Source of the DNA: Candidatus Eiseniibacteriota bacterium
GTDB lineage: Bacteria > Eisenbacteria > RBG-16-71-46
Reading direction: 5' to 3'
Assembly: GCA_963717935.1 (NCBI GenBank)
Contig: CAVQXP010000004.1
Coordinates: forward strand, 1,760,001 to 1,824,000
DNA length: 64,000 nucleotides
Under the pieces are notes generated by a model. It saw nothing but the letters and a program-made list of their open reading frames with translations, was not told where the DNA came from and searched no databases. The position numbers and the translations under genes are program-made. Of the stretch, positions 19,201 to 32,109 are shown in pieces (position 1 is the first letter of the stretch; every line of letters begins with the position of its first letter).

Positions 19201-20925
19201 ATGCCCCGTCTCCGCTGCCTGCCCCGCGCGCTCGTCGCGCTCGTCCTCCTCGTGAGCCTCGTCCATCCGGCCGGTGACGCCGCCGCCGAGCGCGGCGCGG
19301 CCAGCCGCTCGGTCGTCCACGCGCCGCCACGGCATGGTCTGCGCGGCCCAGCCGCTGGCGGTCCAGGCCGGGCGTGGAGGTGCTGCAGGCCGGCGGCAGC
19401 GCGGTGGACGCGGCCATCGCCGTCAACGCCTGCCTCGCGCTGATGGAGCCGACCTCGTGCGGGCTCGGGCGGCGATCTGTTCGCGATCGTCTGGGACCCG
19501 AAGGCCGGGCGGCTCGCGGGGCTCAACGCCTCGGGCCGCGCGCCGCTCGCGCTCACCATCGAGCAGGTGCCGCCCGAGCCGGACGGCACCATCCCGCTCT
19601 TCTCGCCCTACGCCTGGACCGTGCCCGGGCTGCGCGGACGGCTGGTTCGAGCTGCACGCGAAGTACGGCAAGCTGCCGATGCGCCGGGTGCTCGAGCGCG
19701 CGCCATCCACTACGCCGAGGAGGGCTTCCCGCTCTCGCCGGTCATCGCCTCCGACTGGGCGCGCGGGGCGGCGCGCTTCAAGGACAAGCCGGGCTTCGCC
19801 GAGGTGTTCATGCCCGGCGGCACGGGCGCCGCGCGAGGGCGAGACCTTCCGAACCCGGCGCTCGCGCGCGACCCTGCGCCTGCTGGCGCGAGAAGGGGCG
19901 CGACGCCTACTACCGCGGCCCGATCGCCGCGGCGCTGGTGCGCTACTCGCAGGCGCACGGCGGCTTCTTCGCGCCCGAGGACTTCGCGCGCCACCGCTCG
20001 ACCTGGGACGAGCCCATCTCGACCGACTACCGCGGCTGGACGGTCTGGGAGCTGCCGCCCAACGGCCAGGGGCTGGCGGCGCTGCAGCTGCTGAACCTGC
20101 TCGAGAACTTCGATCTCAAGGCGATGGGGCGCGAGTCGGCGGACTTCTGGCACGTCATGACCGAGGCGAAGAAGCTGGTCTTCGCCGACCGGGCCCGCTA
20201 CTACGCCGACCCGGCCTTCGCGAAGCGTGCCGGTCGCGGCGCTGCTCTCGAAGGAGTACGCGAAGCGGCGCGCGGCCCTCGTGGACATCGGGCGCGCCGC
20301 GCTCACCGACAGCGCGGGCGACCCGGTGGCGCTCAGCCGCCGGGAGACCACCTACCTGTGCACCGCGGACGAGAGCGGCATGATGGTCTCGCTCATCCAG
20401 AGCAACTACACCGGCTTCGGCTCGGGCTACGTGGTGCCCGAACTGGGCTTCGGCCTGCAGGACCGCGGCGGCTGCTTCTCGCTGCACCGGGGCCACCCCA
20501 ACGCGCTCGAGCCGGGCAAGCGGCCGTTCCAGACCATCATCCCGGCCTTCGTGACCCGGGACGGCAAGCCGCTGATGGCCTTCGGCCTGATGGGCGGCGA
20601 CATGCAGCCGCAGGGCCACGCGCAGGTCATCGTGAACCTCCTGGACTTCGGCATGAATCTGCAGGAGGCCGGTGACGCCATCCGCTTCCACCACACCGGC
20701 TCGAGCGAGCCGACCGGCACGGTGATGACCGACGGCGGCGTGCTGCACATCGAGGACGGCCTGCCGCAGGGCGTGCTCGAGGAGCTGCAGCGCCGCGGCC
20801 ACGTGCTCGAGCCCGAGCCGGTCGGGGCCTACGGCGGCTACCAGGCGATCTGGCGGGACCCGGCGACGGGCCTCTACGCCGGCGCGACGGAGAAGCGAAA
20901 GGACGGGTGTGCGCAGGGCTACTGA
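19201..20925 (+). CDS. ggt: Gamma-glutamyltransferase (several apparent frameshifts)
   Basis: Fragments across three frames: [32 protein letters not shown] (catalytic Thr), SLIQSNY.GFGSG and [12 protein letters not shown]. Confidence 0.88.
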
Positions 20926-23051
20926 GAAGCCACCCGCGGTCGAAGGACCGCGGCACCACGGTCTGAGTGCCGAGGACCTGGTCGCCTTCTACCGCACGAT
21001 GGTCACCTCGCGGCGGCTGGACGACGAGGAGATCCGCCTCAAGAAGCTCAACCTGACGTACTTCCAGATCTCGGGGGCGGGGCACGAGGCGGTGCTGGTC
21101 GCGGCGGGGGGCCTGCTGCGGCCCGGTCACGACTGGTTCTACCCCTACTACCGGGACCGCGCGCTCTGCCTCGCGCTCGGCATGACCCCGCGCGAGATGC
21201 TGCTCTCGGCGGTCGCCTCGGCCGAGGACCCCAATTCGGGCGGCCGGCAGATGCCCAGCCACTGGGGCCACAAGGGACTCAACATCGTCTCCCAGAGCAG
21301 TCCCACGGGCACGCAGTTCCTGCAGGCGGTGGGCGCCGCCGAGGCGCTGGTCAAGTACCGCGCCCTGGAGGACGAGCACCCGTCGCTGCGGGGCCGGGTG
21401 CGGGGCGACGAGGTGGTCTTCGTCAGCTCGGGGGAGGGGACGACCAGCCAGGGGGAGTTCTGGGAGGCCCTGAACTCGGCCTGCAACCTGCGGCTCCCGG
21501 TGCTGTTCCTCATCGAGGACAACGGCTACGCCATCTCGGTGCCGGCGGACGTGCAGACCGCGGGCGGCGACGTGGCACCGCTGGTGCGCGGCTTCCCGAA
21601 CCTCTACTGGGCCGGCGCGCTGGACGGCAGCGACCCGGTCGCCTCCTACGGCGTGCTGGCCGAGGCCATCCGCCACTGCCGCGAACGCAGGGGCCCGGCC
21701 TTCGTGCGGGCGCTCGTGACCCGTCCCTACTCGCACTCGATGTCGGACGACGAGAGCAAGTACAAGTCGGCGGCGGTGCGCGAAGCCGAGGCGCAGCGAG
21801 ACTGCCTTCCCCGCTTCGCGCGCTTCCTCCAGCAGGAGGGCATCCTCGACCCGGCGGGGCTCGAGCGCCTGCACGCCGAGGTGCAGGCCGGGATCGCGGC
21901 GGCGAGCGATGCGGCGCGCGCGAGCGCCCAGCCGGACCCGGAGACCGCGTCGCTCTACGTCTACTCGCCCGAGGTGGACCCGACCGCCGATCGGTTCGCT
22001 GGCCGAGCCGCGGCCGCTCCAGCCGGAGAGGGCCGAGACGCTGCTGCAGAGCATCAACTACTGCCTGCGCGACGAGATGCGGCGCGACCCGCGCATCCTG
22101 CTGTTCGGCGAGGACGTGGCGGACTCCTCGCACGAGGAGCTGCTCACGCAGATGAAGGGCAAGGGCGGCGTGTTCGGCGTCACCTGGGGCCTGCAGAAGC
22201 TGTTCGGCAAGGAACGCGTGTACAACTCGCCGCTCGCGGAGGCCAGCATCGTCGGGCGGGCCATCGGGCTCGCGACGCTGGGACTGCGGCCGGTGGTCGA
22301 GATCCAGTTCTTCGACTACATCTGGCCCGCCATGATGCAGCTGCGCGACGAGCTCTCCATGTTGCGCTGGCGCTCGAACAACGCCTTTGCGGCGCCGGTC
22401 ATCGTGCGCGCCGCCTATGGCGGTTACCTGCAGGGCGGCGCGCCCTACCACAGCCAGTGCGGCGAGAGCATCTTCGCCCACTGTCCCGGGCTGCGGGTCG
22501 TGATCCCGAGCGTGGCGAGCGATGCGGCCGGGCTGCTTCGCACGGCGCTTCGCAGCGAGGACCCGGTGCTGTTCCTCGAGCACAAGCACCTCTACCGGCA
22601 GCCCTACGCCAAGGAACCCTACCCCGGACCCGACTACACCGTGCCGTTCGGGCGCGCGCGCCTGGTGCGCCCGGGCTCGCACGTGACCATCGTGACCTGG
22701 GGCGCGGTGGTCCAGCGCACGGCGCTCGCTGCGCGGGAGGCGGCCGAACAGGGGATCGAGGCCGAGATCCTCGACCTGCGCACCATCCAGCCCTTCGACT
22801 TCGACGCGGTGGCGCGCTCGGTGGCGAGGACCGGGCGCCTGATCGTGGCGCACGAGGATACGCTCACCTGCGGCTTCGGCGCGGAGGTCGCCGCGCGCGT
22901 CGCGGGCGAATGCTTCGCGGACCTCGACGCCCCCGTGCGCCGCGTCGCGGCGCTGGACACGCCGGTGGGCTACGCGCCCAGGCTCGAGGACCGCATCCTG
23001 CCGCAGAAGGACGACGTGCTCCGGGCGATCCGGGAGATCGTGGCGTACTGA
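20909..23051 (+). CDS. 2-oxoacid dehydrogenase E1 alpha/beta fusion (apparent frameshift near 22000)
   Basis: YPYYRD, GRQMPSH and TPP motif [23 protein letters not shown] in alpha; [12 protein letters not shown] and FLEHKHLY in beta. Confidence 0.9.
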
Positions 23052-23070
23052 GCGGGACGCCCGCGGCCGG

Positions 23071-25499
23071 TCAGCGCCGCGGGGCCGCCGGCCGGAGCGT
23101 CAGCGCGCTCTCCTTCGCGGCTTCGATGCGCCCCCACGAGAGGTAGAGCGGCACGTCGCCGTGCTGCGCCCAGCGCCCGAGCAGGTCGCGCGCGTGCGGG
23201 CTGCGCGGGTCGCCGGAGTTGCCCGGTGGCAGCGCGACGAAGGAAGAGTCCGGGACCGCGAGGTCCACGACGTGCCGCAGCACGGGCCCGTGCGTCACCC
23301 ACCGGTTCCAGGGCAGGCGCGAGCCGCCCACGCTCGGCGTGCCGGCGTCGCCATCGACGGGAGCGGGCGGCGGCTCCCACCCGTCGACCTTCAGGTCGCG
23401 GCCCAGGTCGTGGCGGAAGCGCGCCTGGTGCGCGAGCCCGTAACGCCAGCGGGCGAGGTCCGGGCCCAGCAGCTTCTCGAGTTCCGCCAGCCCGAGGCGC
23501 AGCGCCGCCACCGCGGCCACGGCCGGGCGCTCGGGCCTGCCCGTCGCCGGGTCGTTCAGCGCCTCGGGCGCACGGCCCTGCAGCGCGCTCCAGGCCAGCC
23601 CGGGCAGCCCCTCGAGCTTCGAGCGTCGCAGGTAGGCGCCGTACCAGCCCCGCCACAGGGTGGGGGCGACGCGCGCGCGGCGCGCGGAGAAGTCCCAGCG
23701 GCGCAGCGTGTCGACCGCGGCGCGCATGCGCGCGTCCAGGGAGTCGGGCAGCGAGTCGGCGCAGGCGAGCAGCAGCGGCACGGTGCGGCGCGCGAGGCGC
23801 GAGACCACGTCGTTCTGCACGCTGCGCAGGTCGGCAGCGGTGACGCGCCGCGCCCCCTCGAGGCGCTCCGCGATGCGCAGCGAGCGGTCCTGCGGCCAGT
23901 CGTATCCGGAGGGGCAGAGCGGGGAGGCCGGGTCCAGCGGCGCGTTGTTGGCGTTCACCACGTAACCGTCGGACGGCACGTCCCAGGCGGGCATGTCTGC
24001 GGCCGGGATGACCCCGTGCCGATCCCAGCGGCCGTTGCCGGGCAGTGCGCCGCGCGGGGAATCAGCGCTGCGCCGGGGCACGCGCCCGACGGTCTGGTAG
24101 CGTACGTGGCCGTCGAGGTCCGCGGCCACCACGTTGAGCGTGGGCGTGGTGAGGCCGCGGAAGGCGGCGCACAACTCGGCGGCCGAGCCGGAGCGCTCGA
24201 GCCCCAGCAGTGCGCCGAGGTCCAGCGCGTCGGTCGCACCCGCCCAGTGCGCGCTGAGGGCCACATGGGCCTTGCGGTCGATGGCGATCACCGGGCCGTG
24301 GGGGGTGTAGCGGCGGACCTGGCCGACCAGCCCCACCGGGAGCGGCACGCCGAGGATGCGGTAGCGCAGGTCGTAGGGCTTCTCCGTCATCCGCTGCCAG
24401 CGGCCCCGCCAGCGCACCGACCTTCCGTCCGCGGAGAGGCTGTCGGCGAAGAGGTCGGTGACCGTGCCGTTGAGCGCGGTGACGCCCCAGGCGCAGCGCG
24501 CGTTGCGTCCGCTCACGATGGCTGGCAGTCCGGGCACGCACGCGCCGGCCGCGTCCACCACGCCCGGCACGGTGACGTGAACCAGGTGCATGGAGTTCGG
24601 GGCCACCAGTGGCAGGTGCAGGTCGTTGGCAAGCAGCGGGCGACCGCCCGCGCCGCGGCGTGGACCGACGGCGAAGACATTGCTCGCGCGCAGGTCGAGG
24701 TCGCGTTCCGGGCCGCAGCGCTCCGGGCCCAGCGCGCGGATTGCGGCGCCACCAGGCGCGGGGGAAGCGCTGCCCCCGCAGCACGGGGATCCGCCGTGCC
24801 GCCCGCGCCGGAGGCCTGCTCCAGCGTGACCGCCCGAGGGATGGTCGTGTAGTCCCAGCTCCTCTCGAACCGCACGCGGCGCTCGTAGCCCGCGACGCCC
24901 CGCTCGCCGATCTCGCGGCGCTCGTCGAACTGCGGGAAGGCCAGATCCAGCAGTGAGCCCATGGCGAGCAGCATCGCGGGTGCGTCGGCCGGAGCCCAGT
25001 CGTCGGGGCGCCACCGCAGGCGCTCGATCTCGACCGGCCAGGGGACCGTGCCGCGGCGACAGAGCGCGAGCCAGGCGTTCACGCCGGCGCTGTAGCGCTC
25101 GAGCGGCACGGCGGCCGCCGGATCGCGGCGCGCGCGGGCCCAGATGCGGTCGGCGAGCCCGTCCAGCTCGAAGAGCTGCGCGCCGCCGTCCGCCTGCAGC
25201 GTGCGGTTCCCGGACCACTGCCAGAGGCGGCCGCGCACGGCCTGACGCATGGCCAGCATCTGCCAGAGCCGGTCGCGAGCGCTCACGAACCCCCAGGCGA
25301 AGTAGAGGTCACGCTCGTTCGTGGCGCGGATGTGCGGTACGCCCCAGCGGTCGGTGAGGACGAGCACGGGCTGTTCGAGCCCGGGAAGCACAAGCGCTGA
25401 ATCGGCGGGCCTGGCGGGCGGGCCGGCCGCCGGCCGCGGCGCGGATGGCAGGAGCAGGAGGGAGGCGATCGCGCAGGCGAGCAACAGGCGGGTCAGCAT
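23071..25499 (-). CDS. Penicillin acylase family Ntn-hydrolase (apparent frameshift near 24800)
   Basis: [18 protein letters not shown], catalytic [17 protein letters not shown] and PPGNSG.P.S.H motifs. Confidence 0.88.
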
Positions 25500-25574
25500 G
25501 CGGGGCAGATTGCCACGGCCGGCCCTGTGGCGTCGAGGGCGAACTGCTGTGCTAGGCTCGCGCTGGAGGCTGCC

Positions 25575-26501
25575 ATGGAGCCACGCTGCGCGATCGGTCT
25601 CGACCTGGGGGGCACGGACCTCAAGGCCGGCCTGGTGTCGAGCCGGGGAGAGTTGACCCACTTCCTGCGTCGGCCCGCGCGCGCCCGCGAGAGCGCGGAC
25701 GCCCCGCTCGAAGTGATCGCGCAGGCCGTGACCGACCTGCGCCGCGCCGCTGCAGGCCCGGTCGCCGGGATCGGACTCGGCTGCCCCGGCGTGATCGACG
25801 CGGAGAGCGGGGCCCTGGTGGGACGCACGCCGCACCTGCCCCACTGGGACTCGCTGCCGCTGCGCGCGCTGCTGCTGGAGCGCCTGGGCGCGAGCCTCGT
25901 GGTCGAGAACGACGCCAACCTGGCCGCCCTGGCGGAGCACCGGGTCGGTGCCGCACGGGGCGCACGGGTCTCGCTCACGGTCACGGTCGGCACGGGGATC
26001 GGCTGCGGCGTGATCGTGGACGGGCGCGTCCTGCGCGGGGCGCACGGGGGCGCGGGCGAACTCGGACATCTGCCCCTGGACGGGCGCTACCCGTGCGGCT
26101 GCGGGGTGCCCGGCTGCGTGGAGCCCGAATGCTCGGGCGGCGGGCTCGTGGCGCGGGCGACGGAGGCGGGGCTGGTGGTGCCGGACGCGGCGGCCGTCTT
26201 CGCCGCATCCGCCGCGGGTGATCCGCGCGCGAGCCGCCTGATCGAGCGCATGACCGACCGGCTCGGCGCCCTGATCGCGGCGGCCGTGCAACTGCTCGAC
26301 CCGGAGGTCGTCGTCATCGGGGGCGGGGTCTCCAACGCGGGCGAGACGCTCCTGGTGCCACTGCGCGCGGCCGTGATGCGCTACGCGCTGGAGTCGCACG
26401 GCCGCGGGGTGCGGATCGTGCGCGCGGCGCTGGGCGAGCGCGCGGGCGTGGTGGGCGCGGGGCTGGCGGCCCGGGAGGCCGCCGGGAACGGCGCCCCCTA
26501 G
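25575..26501 (+). CDS. ROK family sugar kinase
   Basis: GLDLGGT, ENDANLAALAE, GTGIG and GELGH..CGCG..GCVE motifs. Confidence 0.92.
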   Translation: MEPRCAIGLDLGGTDLKAGLVSSRGELTHFLRRPARARESADAPLEVIAQAVTDLRRAAAGPVAGIGLGCPGVIDAESGALVGRTPHLPHWDSLPLRALLLERLGASLVVENDANLAALAEHRVGAARGARVSLTVTVGTGIGCGVIVDGRVLRGAHGGAGELGHLPLDGRYPCGCGVPGCVEPECSGGGLVARATEAGLVVPDAAAVFAASAAGDPRASRLIERMTDRLGALIAAAVQLLDPEVVVIGGGVSNAGETLLVPLRAAVMRYALESHGRGVRIVRAALGERAGVVGAGLAAREAAGNGAP

Positions 26502-27794
26502 GCCGGGGTCCCCGAGAGCGTGATGGGCGTCGCGGCGGTCACCCGCAGGCGCCGCAACGTGCCCGCGGAGGTGCCGTCGTTCGGCAGGAAGATGGCCTTG
26601 AACTGGGCGGTGCGGGCGTAGAGCTGGCCGGGGTCGCGGCGCGCCGGGCCCTCGACCAGCGCCTCGACCTCGCGCCCGACCCAGCCGTCGTTCAGGGCGC
26701 CCGAGATGGCGTGCTGCAGCTCGATCAGCAGCGCGAGCCGGCGGCTCTTCTCCTCCTCGGGCACGGTCTCCGCGGTGCCGAAGGCGCGCGTGTCGGGCCG
26801 CGCGGAGTACTTGAAGAGGAAGGCGCTGTCGAAGCGCGTCGAGCGCAGGTAATCCACGGTCCGCTGGAAGTCCTCGAGCGTCTCGCCCGGGAAACCGACG
26901 ATGATGTCCGTCGAGAGGGCGAGGGCGGGGACCGCGGCGCGCAGGCGCGCGACCACGTCCTGGTACTGCGCCAGCGTGTAGCCGCGGCCCATCGCCTCGA
27001 GGACGGGATCCGAGGCCGACTGGAGCGGCAGGTGGACGTGGGGGCAGAGCGGACCGCCTTCGGCCATGACCTCGATGAGCCGCGCGTCCAGGTGGGCGGG
27101 GTGGGGCGAGATGTAACGCAGGCGCAGCAGGCCCTCGGTCGCGCGCGCGGCCCGCAGCAGATCGGCGAAGTCGTGCTGGCCGTCGTGCCAGGAGTTCACC
27201 GTCTGCCCGAGCAGGACGACCTCGCGGGCGCCTTCCGCGACGGACCGGCGTACCTCGCGCAGCACGTCGGCGAGTGGCAGGCTGCGTTCGCGCCCGCGCG
27301 TGTAGGGCACGACGCAGTAGGTGCAGAACTTGTCGCAGCCGCGCTGCACCGTCACCCAGGCGCGCACCCCGGGCTCGCGGCGGGGCTCGAGGTCGCCGTA
27401 GGTCTCGTCGGGGTCGAGACGCACCGCCGCCACCGGTTCGCGCGCCGCGCGCTCGATCAGCCCGGGCAGGTCGCGATACGCGTCGGGCCCCACCACGAGG
27501 TCGAGCGAGCGTGCGTGATCGAGCAGGCGGCCCCGCAGGTGCTGGGCCATGCAGCCGGTGACCCCGACGAGCAGATCGGGGCGGCGGGCCTTGAACCGGG
27601 CCAGTTCCGTGATCCGCCCCAGGACGCGCTGCTCGGCGTGCGCCCGGACGGCGCAGGTGTTGAGGAGGAGCACATCGGCGTCCTCGGGCCGGGTGACGAT
27701 GCTCGAGCCCCGCGCGCGCGAGCACGCCGGCGATGAGTTCGCTGTCGGCCTCGTTCATCTGGCAGCCGTAGGTCTCGAGATAGACGCGCTTCAT
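26498..27794 (-). CDS. miaB: tRNA methylthiotransferase MiaB (apparent frameshift near 27700)
   Basis: ETYGCQMN, NTCAVR..AE, GCMAQ, CDKFCTYC, DIIVGFPGET and C-terminal TRAM domain. Confidence 0.92.
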
Positions 27795-28021
27795 GAGGCC
27801 GGGGACGATAGCACGCGCGACTCCAGGGCGCGCAGCATCCGGGCCGGTGGACGTCCGCCGGCCCGGCCCTCGGTCTCCGTCGGCCCGGTCGCCGGGACGG
27901 GCCGCAGGGTGGTGCCGGGTACGGTCGTGCGCTGCGTGCAAAGGGGCTCGAGCCGCAAGTGGCGAAGGGACTTGACCCCGCCACAGGCGGCCTTCAGACT
28001 GCCCGGGCACGAGGAGGAGCC

Positions 28022-28414
28022 ATGCCCATCCGACCCAGGCGCACGCTCGACACGTTCCCGAACCCGAGCCCGGACCGGGACTACGTCATCCGGCACGAGT
28101 GCCCCGAGTACACGGCCCTGTGCCCCGTGACGGGGCAGCCGGACTTCGGCACCATCGTGATCGTCTACACGCCCGACCGGCTCTGCGTCGAGCTCAAGTC
28201 GCTCAAGCTCTACCTCTGGTCGTTCCACGACGAGGGCCACTACTTCGAGCAGGTGACGAACCTCATCCTCGACGACCTGGTGCGCGCGCTGCGTCCCCGG
28301 AAGCTCACCGTGATCGGGAAGTTCAACGTGCGCGGCGGCATCTGGAGCACCGTGGTGGCCCGCCACGAGGCGCCGCCCACTCGCCGCCGCAACGTTCGGC
28401 GCGCCAGGCCGTAG
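28022..28414 (+). CDS. queF: NADPH-dependent preQ0 reductase (type I)
   Basis: [24 protein letters not shown] and RGGI motifs; GAGGAGG RBS. Confidence 0.92.
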   Translation: MPIRPRRTLDTFPNPSPDRDYVIRHECPEYTALCPVTGQPDFGTIVIVYTPDRLCVELKSLKLYLWSFHDEGHYFEQVTNLILDDLVRALRPRKLTVIGKFNVRGGIWSTVVARHEAPPTRRRNVRRARP

Positions 28415-28465
28415 TACGGAGGTAGCCCCTCTCCGGTGGCCACGGCCGCCGGGCACTGGAGTCCG

Positions 28466-30786
28466 ATGAACGCGTTCCTGCTCCTGTCCACCCTGAATCT
28501 CTCGCTGGGCGGGCTGGTCTTCCTGCTCGGCTTCCTCATCCTGCGCGAGAACCCCGGCCAGCGGCTTAACCGGGTGGTCGCCCTCATGCTCTTCTTCGGC
28601 GGGCTGGGGGCGGTCTTCGCGGCGCTCTCCTTCATGGCCTCCCGCGGTGGCACCACGGCGGCCCCGGCCACGCTGCGTGACCTGTCCTACATGTGGGAGC
28701 TGTTCTTCCCCACGCTCTTCCTGTTCGCGAGCATCTTCCCGGAGGAGCGCGCCTTCGTGCGCCGCCCGCTGCTCCGGATCGGGCGCCTGTGGAGCGTGAG
28801 ATTCACGCCGCTCATCTTCGTCCCCCACGCCTTCCACTTCCTCTTCGTGCTGGTGGCGTCGTCCTGGCGCCCGGATGTCCAGGCCGCGAGCCTCGGGCCG
28901 CTCCACTACCTGGGCGCGCTGGCCACGCTGCTCGGGCTCGTCGTCAAGCTCTTCCTCTACGTCCACCGGGCGTTGTTCTCGCTCGTGAACCTGGGCTTCG
29001 GGTTGGCCACCATGGCCCTGCTCTTCGATTCCTACCGGCGCGCGCGCGTGCCCCGGCTGCGCCAGCAGATCGGGGTGGTCGCGCTGGGGCTCTCCGCGAG
29101 CCTCGTGCTCTACAGCGCCGCCAGCTCGATCCCCACGCTGCTCGGGTTGCAGCTCGCGCGAGGACCTGCGCGCGAGCCTGACCTTCGCGGCGCTGACGCT
29201 GGGCCCGGGCTCGATCGCCTACGCGGTCGTGCGGCACAAGTTCCTGGACGCGAAGCTGCTGGCGCGCCGCGGCATCCTCTACGCGCTGTCGTCCGCGGCG
29301 CTCGTCGGGCTCTACCTGGCGGTGGCCGCGCGCGCTCACCCGGGCGCTGAGCGCTGCGGCGGGGACCGATGTGCGCGTCGTCGAGTCGGTGTTGCTGATC
29401 GTGGCGCTGGCGCTCTCGCAGCCGACGGTGGCGTGGCTCGAGACCATGCTCGACCGGGCGTTCCTCAAGGACCCGGCGGACTACCGCAACGTGCTGCGCC
29501 GCCTGGCCGGCGAGCTGCAGACCACCATCGACCTCGACGCTCTGCTCGGGCGCACCATCACCACGCTCACCGAGGCGATGCTGCTGCGCACGGGGCACGT
29601 CGTGGTGTTCGGGCGCGGCGCGCCCATCGCCCGCAGCGGCGCCGGAGCGCCGCTGGAGGGGGTCGCGCTCGAGCGGATCGCGCGGCTGCTGGGGGGCGTG
29701 CCCGCGGGTGAGGGCAGCTTCCGCGTCGCGGATCCGGTCGAGGGCCTCGAGCCCGGCGGACCGCGCGTTTCCTCGCGTCGCTGGGGATCTCGCTGGTGGT
29801 GCCGCTCCACTGGCACGAGGACCTGGTGGGGGCGCTGCTCCTGGGCGAGAAGCACACCGGGCACCCCGCTGACCTCCGAGGACGCCGCGCTCCTCGCGAC
29901 CGCTGGCCGGGCAGGTCTCGGTCTCCCTGCAGAACGCGCTCCTGCTGCGGGACCGGGTGGCCGTGGCGCGCTTCGAGGAGGAACTCAACCTGGCGCGGCA
30001 GATCCAGCGCAACTCGCTGCTCTCGGAGTTCCCGGTGCTGCCGCGCTGCGAGGTGCACGCTCTCACCCTGCCCTCGAAGCACGTGGGCGGGGACCTCTAC
30101 GACGTGGTGCAGGCCGGGGACGGCTCGTGGTTCGTCGCCATCGCCGACGTGTCGGGCAAGGGCGTGCCGGCCGCGCTGCTCTCCTCGATGCTCCAGGCCT
30201 CGCTGCGCACCCAGGCAGCGAGCGTCACCTCGCCGGCGCGAGATCCTGCGCAGCATCAATCGCCTCATGTACCGGAGCACCGCGATCCAGCAGTTCGCCA
30301 CCTTCTTCCTGGCCCGGGTGGACGGGGAACGGCTGGAGTTGTGGTTCTCGAACGCAGGGCACAACTGGCCGGTGCTGCTACGCTCCGGCGACGAGCGGCG
30401 CTTCTTCGAGCGCGGCGGACTGATCCTCGGGATCCAGGAGGGGGCCGAGTTCGAGGAGGAGCGCGTGAGCCTTTCGCCCGGGCGACCTGGTGGTGCTCTA
30501 CACCGACGGCATCAGCGAGGCGGCCGATGCCACCGGGGAGCAGTTCGGTGAGGAACGCCTCTACGCGGCCCTGTCCGCGATGCCCCGCACGCTGTCTGCG
30601 CGCGAGGTGGCCGAGCGCCTGCTCGGCACGCTGCACGACTTCCTCGACGGGACCGAACCGCAGGACGACATCACCCTGCTCGTCCTGAAGCTGCTCGAGC
30701 CGGCGGCTCGGCAACCCGGCGCGGGCCGCGGCGACGAGGCGGCCTCCGAACCGGTCGGTCCCGGGCCGGGCTCCCGGGGAGGCTGA
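28466..30786 (+). CDS. Membrane-anchored GAF + SpoIIE/PP2C (RsbU-like) phosphatase (multiple apparent frameshifts)
   Basis: Multi-TM N-terminus, GAF-like VPL....LVGALLLG, ELNLARQIQ..LL, VGGDLYD, IADVSGKG, NAGH, LYTDGISEA and DDITL motifs. Confidence 0.85.
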
Positions 30787-31014
30787 GGGAGCGCCCTGCA
30801 AGGTGGCGCGCCCCGCCCGTGCCGGATGCCCGTGGCCTCCCGGGCACGCGTGGTTGGGCGGGCCCGCGCCGGGCGTCCATGACATCCGCGCGGCTTGGGG
30901 CTATCGTGCCTTCCACGCAGGGTCGTCCGCGCGGCCGCCGCGCACCCCGGACGGGGCTCCACGGAGCCGTGCGGGTGGGATCGCGGGACGGGACCCGGCG
31001 AGGGAGGACATTCG

Positions 31015-32079
31015 ATGGGATCTTGGCCGATGACGAGACTGCTCCCGGGCGCGCTGCTGCTCGCGTGCCTCACCGTGGCGCCGCCGGCGCGCGGCGAGTC
31101 CGTGCCGCCGGGGCTCGAGGACCAGGTGCGCGAGCTCAAAGCGGCGAACGAGGACCTCAATCACCGCCTCGACGAGCTGGCGAAGGCGGTGGACGACGTG
31201 GCCTTCTTCGCCCGGCTCGGTGACGCGGCGGAGGTGGACAAGTGGCGCATCACCGGGCCGCCGCCCGTGAACGTGAAGAACCCGAAGGCCGCGGGAGCGA
31301 CGAACCCGGTCAAGTTCTACACCTACACGTTCTTCCCGAAGAACCGGAAGGCGGGCGAGAAGCTGCCGCTCCTGCTGCTGCCGCACGGGGGCGTGCACGC
31401 GGACTTCACCACCTACTACACGCACATCCTGAAGGAGTTGCTCGCGCAGGGCTATGCCGTCGTCGCGCCCGAGTACCGCGGCTCGACCGGCTACGGGAAG
31501 GGCTTCTACCAGCAGATCGACTACGGCGGACGCGAGGTGGACGACTGCCACGCGGCCGTGCAGTGGGCGCTCGAGAACTTCGACTTCCTGGACCGCGGCC
31601 GCGTGGGCCTCATCGGCTGGAGCCACGGTGGCCTCATCGTGCTGTTCGAGGCCTTCCAGCACCCGCGGGACTACAAGTGCGTCTTCGCCGGAGTCCCGGT
31701 CTCGGACCTGGTCCAGCGCATGGGCTACATGGATGACGAATACCGCGGCCTGTTCAGCGCGCCGTACCACATCGGCAGGACCGCCGAGCAGGACCTCGAC
31801 GAATACAAGAGACGCTCACCCGCGTGGCACGTGGAGAAGCTCGAGATCCCGTTGCGCATCCACACCAACACCAACGACGAGGACGTGCGCTACGTCGAGG
31901 TCCAGCACCTGATCGAGGCGCTGAAGGCCGCGGGGAAGCCGTTCGAGTACAAGGTCTTCCAGGACGCGCCGGGCGGGCACAGCATGGACCGCCTCGACAC
32001 CGCGCTCGCGAAGGACGCGCGGCGCGAGATCTACCGCTTCCTGGCGAAGCACCTGAACCCGCCACGCCCGTGGAAGTAG
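31015..32079 (+). CDS. Secreted S9 family (prolyl oligopeptidase-like) serine peptidase
   Basis: Signal peptide, PHGG, YRGSTGYG, nucleophile GWSHGG, DEDV and GGH motifs. Confidence 0.9.
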   Translation: MGSWPMTRLLPGALLLACLTVAPPARGESVPPGLEDQVRELKAANEDLNHRLDELAKAVDDVAFFARLGDAAEVDKWRITGPPPVNVKNPKAAGATNPVKFYTYTFFPKNRKAGEKLPLLLLPHGGVHADFTTYYTHILKELLAQGYAVVAPEYRGSTGYGKGFYQQIDYGGREVDDCHAAVQWALENFDFLDRGRVGLIGWSHGGLIVLFEAFQHPRDYKCVFAGVPVSDLVQRMGYMDDEYRGLFSAPYHIGRTAEQDLDEYKRRSPAWHVEKLEIPLRIHTNTNDEDVRYVEVQHLIEALKAAGKPFEYKVFQDAPGGHSMDRLDTALAKDARREIYRFLAKHLNPPRPWK

Positions 32080-32109
32080 CCGTGGGCTGTGGGGCGGGGC
32101 CCACGGCGC

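Noticed and set aside
27800..28021. preQ1 riboswitch upstream of queF
   Set aside because: No preQ1-I stem-loop with an A-rich tail; only a plausible promoter (TTGACC-N17-CAGACT) is visible.
19201..30786. Calling ggt, E1, acylase, miaB and PP2C pseudogenes or programmed frameshifts
   Set aside because: Motifs are intact and the indels are scattered without slippery-site signatures; assembly error is more parsimonious.
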